DNA of 50,132 bases, taken from positions 1 through 50,132 of IMG/VR virus record IMGVR_UViG_3300036770_001455. One strand, given 5' to 3'. Each line of letters starts with the position of its first letter. The first letter of the stretch is position 1. This document shows, in pieces, positions 44,030-50,132 of this stretch. This DNA comes from a virus. Lineage: Duplodnaviria > Caudoviricetes. The position numbers were made by a program, and so were the translations under genes. Under the pieces are notes generated by a model. It saw only the letters and a program-made list of their open reading frames with translations. It did no database searches and was not told the origin of the DNA.

Positions 44030-44767
44030 ATGATCGTCAAGGTTGGTGGGTCTGAGGTTGACGTGAGAGTCGAGGCGATCATGTCGATGCCTCGCCTGTC
44101 GTTCACGGCGAACCACTTCGCATGGGCTCAGGCTCTCATGCCGCTCGGGATTCGCCCGACGATGGGCACCGGGGCGTTCTGGTCGCAGGTGAACACCCGC
44201 GTGATGGAGCAGTTCATCGACTCGTGCGAATACCTGCTGACAATCGACTATGACACGTTTTTCACGAAGGCGGATCTGGAGCATCTCTTCGCCCTGGCGT
44301 TGACGTTCCAGTGTGACGCCGTGACAGGGCTCCAGACGAAACGCGAGGACGGTCGCCCGATGCTCACGCTCAAGGGCACGCTGGACAACCCGCCAAAGGA
44401 TGGCGTCACGACGCTGCCTGCTTCATGGTTTGCCGAGCCGGTGCAGGAAGTCGATTCGGCTCACTTTGGGCTCACCGTGATTTCAACGGCTGCCCTCAAG
44501 CGGGCGAGGAAGCCTTGGTTCTGGAGCAAGCCGGGGCCGGATGGCTCGTGGAATGAAGGCCGGGTCGATGACGACATCTACTTCTGGCGGAACTGGCGGG
44601 AGAGCGGGAACCGCGTTTTCGTCTCGCCTCGCGTCACGCTAGGGCACGGCGAGTATGTCATTACGTGGCCGAGCAAGGACTTTTCTAAGCCTGTTTTCCA
44701 GTGGACGACGGAGTTCACCAGCACATCCAAGAAGCCCGAAACTGCATGGAGTATCGCCGGATCATGA
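44030..44767 (+). CDS. GT-A glycosyltransferase-like protein in head operon
   Basis: YLLTIDYD (DxD), HFGLTVI, PWF, DDIYF, GH. Confidence 0.75.
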   Translation: MIVKVGGSEVDVRVEAIMSMPRLSFTANHFAWAQALMPLGIRPTMGTGAFWSQVNTRVMEQFIDSCEYLLTIDYDTFFTKADLEHLFALALTFQCDAVTGLQTKREDGRPMLTLKGTLDNPPKDGVTTLPASWFAEPVQEVDSAHFGLTVISTAALKRARKPWFWSKPGPDGSWNEGRVDDDIYFWRNWRESGNRVFVSPRVTLGHGEYVITWPSKDFSKPVFQWTTEFTSTSKKPETAWSIAGS

Positions 44768-44964
44768 AAATCAAAATGAGCAGAGCGTATGCCAGCTACA
44801 AGGCTGGCGAACTGGTCGAGGTCGATGACGGTCTGGCGGCGCGGCTCCTGGCGTGGGGCTACGCGGTCGAGGATCGCCAGCGTGATCTGATCGAGACGGC
44901 GGCGGTAGAGCATCGGGCGGAATCGGCGGACGTGACGCCCAAACGGAGACGCGGCAAGCAATGA
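44764..44964 (+). CDS. Small head-region protein
   Basis: Y..GELVEV....A..L...GYA pattern; ATGA overlaps. Confidence 0.7.
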   Translation: MKIKMSRAYASYKAGELVEVDDGLAARLLAWGYAVEDRQRDLIETAAVEHRAESADVTPKRRRGKQ

Positions 44965-45566
44965 GATACCGCAGCCTCAGGCGAATCACGCAGCCGGTCG
45001 TGGAGCCGGTCAGTCTCGCGGAGGCGAAGACGCACTGCCGCGTCGACTCAGACGAGGCGAGCGAAAACACGTACCTCACGTCGCTGATCTCGGCTGCCCG
45101 TGAGTGGGTGGAAGACTACATCGACCGCTCGCTTGTGAAGACTCGCTGGCAGATGCGTCTCGACAAGTTCCCGGCTGAGATTGAACTTCCTCGCCCGCCG
45201 ATGCTGCCGGTAACGTCTGAAACGCCGGTCACTCTGACGTATACCGTCAACCAAACCGGACAGACGGCAGCGCTGTCGACGGCATCGTACCGCGTGGACT
45301 CCGACTCGACGCCGGGTGTGCTGCGGAACCTGTACGGCGGAACGTGGCCCAGCAATCTCGATGATCCCGGCTCGATCACCGTGACGTGGTGGGCCGGCTA
45401 CGGCGAGGATGGGCGAGCGGTGCCGACGCGGGCGAGACACGCGATGCTGATGCTGGTGGGTCACTGGTATGAACGACGGCTTGCGGCGGACAACGTCGCG
45501 GCAGCCGAAGTGCCGTTCGGCGTGAAAGCCCTGCTCGATAGCGTCTCGTGGGGGAGTTACACCTGA
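44961..45566 (+). CDS. Head-tail connector (HK97 gp6 / phiE125 gp8-like)
   Basis: EPVSLAEAK.HCRVD...LISAARE...AML.LVGHWYERR. Confidence 0.92.
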   Translation: MRYRSLRRITQPVVEPVSLAEAKTHCRVDSDEASENTYLTSLISAAREWVEDYIDRSLVKTRWQMRLDKFPAEIELPRPPMLPVTSETPVTLTYTVNQTGQTAALSTASYRVDSDSTPGVLRNLYGGTWPSNLDDPGSITVTWWAGYGEDGRAVPTRARHAMLMLVGHWYERRLAADNVAAAEVPFGVKALLDSVSWGSYT

Positions 45567-45889
45567 TGGCTACGTACACGCAACTGCCGGGTTCGCTGGG
45601 GCTGTCGCTTCGCCGTGGCGATGAGCTCGGCACGACGATTGATTTCTCGCCCACGACGATGACCGGCTACACGGTTACGGCAGTTATTACGTCCGTGGTA
45701 ACTGGTGAGGTTGTCGAGACGATCACGGCCAGCGTGAGCGATGGCCCGAATGGAGTCGTGTCGCTCGCTCTCACGGAGACGCAGACGGCGGCGTTGCCGG
45801 TCGGCACCTACGGCTGGCGTCTTGAGTGGGATGCTCCAGGCAACGTGCGACGTACCGCCCTGCAAGGCATGGTGGAGGTTGTGGGATGA
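45566..45889 (+). CDS. BppU-like fibre adaptor (paralog of 9149)
   Basis: LPG.L..SL..GDE...G.V.L.LTE.QT..L....Y.W. Confidence 0.7.
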   Translation: MATYTQLPGSLGLSLRRGDELGTTIDFSPTTMTGYTVTAVITSVVTGEVVETITASVSDGPNGVVSLALTETQTAALPVGTYGWRLEWDAPGNVRRTALQGMVEVVG

Positions 45890-46152
45890 TCGTAGCGAAC
45901 GTCAGCAGCAACCGGATCACTGCCAGCGTGACGGGCTCCGCTGTCGCGGCGGCTGTGTCGGCAAACGTCGTGACTACCGCAACGGCTGGCGGCATTGGCC
46001 CGCAGGGGCCTCAGGGAGTCGCTGGTGCGGCATTGCAGTCGGCCTCAGATGTTGCCCTATCTGGGGTCTCGGAAGGCGACGTTCTGAGGTATTCATCGAG
46101 CAAGTGGCGGAACTACGCGGACGCAAACCTGACTGACGGCGGAAACTTCTAG
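45886..46152 (+). CDS. Short fibre connector with collagen-like triplets
   Basis: GGIGPQGPQG; GDVLRY...W.N; ends DGGNF. Confidence 0.7.
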   Translation: MIVANVSSNRITASVTGSAVAAAVSANVVTTATAGGIGPQGPQGVAGAALQSASDVALSGVSEGDVLRYSSSKWRNYADANLTDGGNF

Positions 46153-46163
46153 GAGAGACTGCG

Positions 46164-47339
46164 ATGGCGAACACACTGAGGATCAAGCGTCGGGCAGCCG
46201 CGAGCGGCGCGGGCGCACCTTCGAGCCTGGCGAACGCTGAACTCGCGTTCAACGAAGCATCGAATATCCTCTACTACGGCACGGGCACCGGCGGTGCGGG
46301 CGGCTCCGCGACCAGCGTGATTGCCATCGGCGGTGATGGTGCGTACCTCGGGCTTTCGAGTGGTCTGACGCAGACTGCGGCTGGCACCTACACGTTCTCG
46401 GGCGGCGTGACCTTCTCTTCGACGGTCGCCCTTGGCGCATCAGCCACGGCGACCACGCCTGCCGCTGACGATAGTTCTACGGCAGTCGCCACGACAGCCT
46501 ACGTTCAGAATGAAATCGCTGGGCTTGGAGTCGGCTCGGTTACGAGCGTGGGGCTTTCGCTGCCAGACATTTTCACTGTCAGTGGTTCTCCGGTTACTTC
46601 GAGCGGCACGCTCTCTGCCACGCTGGCGAGCCAGACGCAGAACTACGTGTTCGCCGCCCCCGGCTCTGGCGGCAACGGCTCGCCGACGTTCCGGGCGCTG
46701 GTGGCCGCTGACATCCCCGATCTGTCGGCGACGTACCTAGCACTCACTGGCACGCAGACGGCGAGTGGCACCTACACTTTCAGCGGGACGGTAAATCACA
46801 CCGGCACATTCCAGATCGGCAGCACGACGGTCACTTCGTCCGCCGCTGAGTTGAATCTGGTCGATGGCTCGATCGCCAATGCGGTCGTGAACAGCAAGGC
46901 CGTGGTCTACGGATCTGCGGGCGAGGTTGCCGCATCGTCGATCACGACCACCGGCAATGTCACGGTCGGCGGTGATCTCACGGTCAATGGAACCGTGACC
47001 AGCATCAACTCGACCACGATTTCGGTTGACGACAAAAACCTTGAGCTTGGCAGCACAGCCAGCCCGTCCGATGCGACTGCTGACGGTGGCGGCATCACGC
47101 TGAAGGGCACGACCGACAAGACGCTCAACTGGGTGGACTCGACCGACGCCTGGACGAGTAGCGAGCACATGAACCTGCTCGCCGGCAAGGAATACAAGAT
47201 CAACGGATCAAGCGTGTTGTCATCAAACACGCTCGGCAGCGGCGTCACGGCATCGAGCCTGACCAGCGTGGGCACGATCACCAGCGGCACCTGGTCGGCG
47301 ACCATCGATAATGCGACGATCGACGGGGGGACGTTCTAA
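46164..47339 (+). CDS. Fibre protein
   Basis: IKR...P.SL...ELA.N N-terminus; ATTAYV; GDLTVNGT; ends DGGTF. Confidence 0.8.
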   Translation: MANTLRIKRRAAASGAGAPSSLANAELAFNEASNILYYGTGTGGAGGSATSVIAIGGDGAYLGLSSGLTQTAAGTYTFSGGVTFSSTVALGASATATTPAADDSSTAVATTAYVQNEIAGLGVGSVTSVGLSLPDIFTVSGSPVTSSGTLSATLASQTQNYVFAAPGSGGNGSPTFRALVAADIPDLSATYLALTGTQTASGTYTFSGTVNHTGTFQIGSTTVTSSAAELNLVDGSIANAVVNSKAVVYGSAGEVAASSITTTGNVTVGGDLTVNGTVTSINSTTISVDDKNLELGSTASPSDATADGGGITLKGTTDKTLNWVDSTDAWTSSEHMNLLAGKEYKINGSSVLSSNTLGSGVTASSLTSVGTITSGTWSATIDNATIDGGTF

Positions 47340-47576
47340 GTGGCGAACACGATCCAACTCAAGCGGTCGACGATTTCGGGGGCTATCCCGTCCTCGCTCG
47401 CCGATGGTGAGCTGGCGGTGCAGCGGGCAGACAAGACGATTTATTTCAAGGACGCGACGGATACGATTCACGACCTTCTGAACATTGACTGCGGCGAGAT
47501 ACTGCCGGCGGCGACGGCCGGCGGCCTCTCGCTATGGGCGGCTGAACTCGACGGCAACTGGCACTGGAGCGATTGA
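47340..47576 (+). CDS. Short fibre-docking protein
   Basis: IQLKRS....P..L.DGELA; IDCGEI. Confidence 0.65.
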   Translation: MANTIQLKRSTISGAIPSSLADGELAVQRADKTIYFKDATDTIHDLLNIDCGEILPAATAGGLSLWAAELDGNWHWSD

Positions 47577-47932
47577 TGGCACACCCGAATATGAACAGCC
47601 CGACGACCGTGGAAGGCTTGTCGCTCGCGACAGCCGTAGGCACGTCGGCGACCACGATCGTGAGCAACGGCACCGCGTCATCGGCGACGATCCGAATCGT
47701 TTCGATGTTCGTGGCGAACATAGACGGCTCATCTGCCGCTGATGTTACCGTGAAGCTCGCCACTGGCACGAACGCTTGGTCGATCGCCAGCACCGTGAGC
47801 GTTCCAGCCGATGCGAGCCTCGAAGTGATTTCGGGTCGCCCACTGTATCTCAAAGAGGGCGACAGCCTGACCGCCACGGCAAGCGCGGCCGGCGACCTCG
47901 AAGCGGTCATCTCATACGAGAGGATTACGTGA
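47576..47932 (+). CDS. Fibre-associated structural protein (paralog of 10874)
   Basis: STVSVPADAS...YLKEGD...SYE. Confidence 0.72.
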   Translation: MAHPNMNSPTTVEGLSLATAVGTSATTIVSNGTASSATIRIVSMFVANIDGSSAADVTVKLATGTNAWSIASTVSVPADASLEVISGRPLYLKEGDSLTATASAAGDLEAVISYERIT

Positions 47933-48453
47933 TGGCAAACATCGGCGATTCGTGCTGGCGTCGAAACGGCGTAGCCGCGTTGGAACTCCCGTTCCGCGTT
48001 CGTCTCCCTGACGGTTCGACTCGCACCGACCCCTCTCAGTGGAGCAACGACGAATCTGTTCTGGCGGCGACCGGCTGGAGCCGATCAACGCTGACGCAGG
48101 ACGATCTGGATGCCCTGTTCCCGCCGCCGCCGCCTGCGCCGGAGCCGACGCCGTATGAGGCTGGCTATGACACCGGACTCGGCTGGCGTCTCGGCTGGCA
48201 ACCCGATGACGTGGCCCTGCTCACGGGGATGTACGTTCTCGCGAGCCGTGCCGCTGAACTGGGAGTCGACCAGCCGGTGAACGTCGTCGATATGGACGGC
48301 GTGGCCCACACGCTGCCGTTCGCGGAATACGAGGCGATCATGCTCGCCTACGGTGCGGCGAGGGCCGCGTTGTCGGCACCGCCGGCTCCTGAGCCTGAAC
48401 CGGAGCCAGAACCGGCTCCTGAGCCTGAACCTGAACCGACTCCCGAAACCTAA
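47932..48453 (+). CDS. Hypothetical protein with Pro-Glu tail
   Basis: TGATG coupling; C-terminal PE repeats. Confidence 0.65.
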   Translation: MANIGDSCWRRNGVAALELPFRVRLPDGSTRTDPSQWSNDESVLAATGWSRSTLTQDDLDALFPPPPPAPEPTPYEAGYDTGLGWRLGWQPDDVALLTGMYVLASRAAELGVDQPVNVVDMDGVAHTLPFAEYEAIMLAYGAARAALSAPPAPEPEPEPEPAPEPEPEPTPET

Positions 48454-48481
48454 GTTCCCCACATCACAACGGTAGCGCACC

Positions 48482-49261
48482 ATGTCACTTCGCTCTAACG
48501 GCTCCTACATCGGCCCTCGCCCGACCGGGCCTAATACCACGGTGGCGTCTGGCATTTGGGACTTGCGAACCGTTCAGCGGCAGCGGTCGCTTAATGCGTG
48601 GCCGGGGCAGGCTGCCACCGACCCAGACTTTTCCAGCGTAGCACTGCTGCTCCACATGGACGGCAGCGGAAGTACGTTTACGGATTCCAGCGGGTCGCCG
48701 CAGACCATCACTGCCACAGGGAACGTCACGCAATCGACGACGCAATCGAAATTCGGCGGAAAGTCCGCGTCATTCGACGGCAATGGTGATTATTTAGAAA
48801 CTGGTAGCGGCAGTCAAAACACGTTCGGGACTGGCGATTTGTGCATCGAATTTTGGACGTATGCAAATTCAATCGGCAGCAACACATGCCTAGTGGATCA
48901 ACAGAACGGGCTGCTGATTCGTCAAGCCAGCACAAACATGCTGTCGATTTACTCTCGCGTCGGCGAGGTGTTCTTCAACTCAGCCAACAATGTCCTAACG
49001 ACAGGCGTGTGGCAGCACATCGCCGTATCGCGTTCTGGCACTACGTTGAGCGCCTACGTTAACGGTCAGCGCGTTGTGACAGGCACATCGTCAGCAAACC
49101 TGACAGGCACAGTTTTTCGCGTTGGTGCGTTTATTGACAACTCAGGCAGCGGATTTGTGCTAAATGGCTACATCGACGAACTGCGCATCACAAAGGGCAC
49201 GGCTCGCGGCTACACAGGTTCAACCATCACGGTGCCGACAGCAGCCTTCCCCGACGCATGA
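48482..49261 (+). CDS. LamG/concanavalin A-like domain fibre protein
   Basis: V.LLLH.DG, KFGG.S..FDG.GDYL, WQHIAVSR, GYIDELRITKG.AR. Confidence 0.88.
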   Translation: MSLRSNGSYIGPRPTGPNTTVASGIWDLRTVQRQRSLNAWPGQAATDPDFSSVALLLHMDGSGSTFTDSSGSPQTITATGNVTQSTTQSKFGGKSASFDGNGDYLETGSGSQNTFGTGDLCIEFWTYANSIGSNTCLVDQQNGLLIRQASTNMLSIYSRVGEVFFNSANNVLTTGVWQHIAVSRSGTTLSAYVNGQRVVTGTSSANLTGTVFRVGAFIDNSGSGFVLNGYIDELRITKGTARGYTGSTITVPTAAFPDA

Positions 49262-49377
49262 GCAACGACGCCTTCGCCGCCGCGCTGGTTCTCGCCTCAT
49301 TCCCGGCAGGCGTGGCGGGTGGCGTGTTGGGGGTGTGGATCGCCCGCTGGACGATTGTGTTTTTCATCGCCCCGTAA
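49258..49377 (+). CDS. Small membrane peptide (39 aa)
   Basis: ATGA overlap; almost entirely hydrophobic. Confidence 0.45.
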   Translation: MSNDAFAAALVLASFPAGVAGGVLGVWIARWTIVFFIAP

Positions 49378-49398
49378 CGACGCTACACAACAAACATA

Positions 49399-50132
49399 AT
49401 GCCGCGCGTCCAAAACAAACGAGGCACCGCCGCGAACCTGACGAGCGTCAACCCGACGCTGCTGGCGGGGGAGTTGCTCGTCGTTACCGACGAAAACACG
49501 CTCGTCATCGGCAACGGCACCGACGCTTACACCTCGCTGGCGTATGTGACGGCCACGCCGCGTAGCCATACGCACACACTCGCACAGATCACCGACCTCA
49601 ATATTGTGTCGGCCGGCTCTCCGCCGAAACCCTACGATGTGGCACTCAGCTACAACTATTCGTCGGCAACGTGGTCGACGAAAACGATCGGCAATGTTGG
49701 CGTCGGCTCGCAGCCCATTGGCGGCTGGCCGGCGGGGAGTCTGGGGTCGTCGCTCGCTGGCAAGGCATCGACCACCCATGCCAGTTCCCACGCGACCGGC
49801 GGCAGTGACGCGTTGACGCCGAGCGACATCGGTGCGGCGCCGGCCGCGAGTCCTGCCATCACCGGCAACGCTACCTTCACGGCATCGTCTGGCGTGCCGC
49901 TCACGGTGACAAATACCGGCGGCGGCAACTCATTTGTAGTCAATGACGAGGCGAGCGATACCACGCCGTTTGTGATAAATGCGTCTGGGTTGGTAGGAGT
50001 AAATGCCGAGCCCACCACCCGCAGGCTCACTGTTCGCGGCAGTTCCGCCGGCGACGGTGCATTGCTGCTCCAATCGTCATCAACAGGCGCAGGAACTAGC
50101 AATGGGTTTATTATCCAGTGTTTCGGCGCGTC
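49399..50132 (+). CDS. Fibre protein with Mtd-N-like N-terminus (3'-truncated)
   Basis: QNKRGTAA.....NPTLLAGE....D.....IGNG; HTH; HASSHATGGSD; frame open to window end. Confidence 0.8.
   Translation, partial: MPRVQNKRGTAANLTSVNPTLLAGELLVVTDENTLVIGNGTDAYTSLAYVTATPRSHTHTLAQITDLNIVSAGSPPKPYDVALSYNYSSATWSTKTIGNVGVGSQPIGGWPAGSLGSSLAGKASTTHASSHATGGSDALTPSDIGAAPAASPAITGNATFTASSGVPLTVTNTGGGNSFVVNDEASDTTPFVINASGLVGVNAEPTTRRLTVRGSSAGDGALLLQSSSTGAGTSNGFIIQCFGA

Larger units (their letters stand above)
1..50132. mobile_element. Temperate tailed bacteriophage (HK97-like head, long non-contractile tail), near-complete, apparently in excised (attP) form
   Basis: Terminases, portal, protease, capsid, tail, tape measure, integrase and replication genes all present; no sheath gene or host housekeeping operon recognised. 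Confidence 0.95.

Noticed and set aside
48380-48450. GAGCCTGAACC-type tandem repeats
   Set aside because: Encode a Pro-Glu low-complexity tail

Overview
This window holds most of one GC-rich, temperate tailed-phage genome with a siphovirus-like tail and an HK97-type head. It appears linearised inside the morphogenesis region, and I recognise no host chromosomal genes. Order: small accessory genes (1-1.5 kb); head closure, tail, tape measure and tail fibres (1.5-12.9 kb); metallophosphoesterase/ParB/DUF1599/HNH accessory block (12.9-17.3 kb); integrase, a tRNA-Ser-like attP core and an HTH gene (17.3-18.7 kb); early recombination/replication genes including a RecT-like annealase, a second tyrosine recombinase, a DUF1376 initiator with iterons, a LexA DNA-binding-domain-only protein, an N4-C methylase and a sliding clamp (18.8-28.5 kb); a secreted trypsin-like protease, RusA, a methyltransferase and two glycosyltransferases (28.6-31.8 kb); a membrane-protein/papain-protease/lipoprotein cassette where lysis genes usually sit (32.4-35.4 kb); HNH, putative cos, ParB-methylase, terminases, portal, protease, capsid and connector (35.4-45.6 kb); and a second fibre module that runs off the end. 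Main leads: a lysis-position cassette built around a cysteine protease with no recognisable endolysin; possible virion glycosylation; two non-canonical promoter patterns, several apparently leaderless; a lysogeny switch with no recognisable CI; GGA-loop hairpins resembling CsrA sites; and a duplicated fibre module. A Planctomycetota-like host is only my inference. All family calls come from motif recognition by eye, with no database searches.
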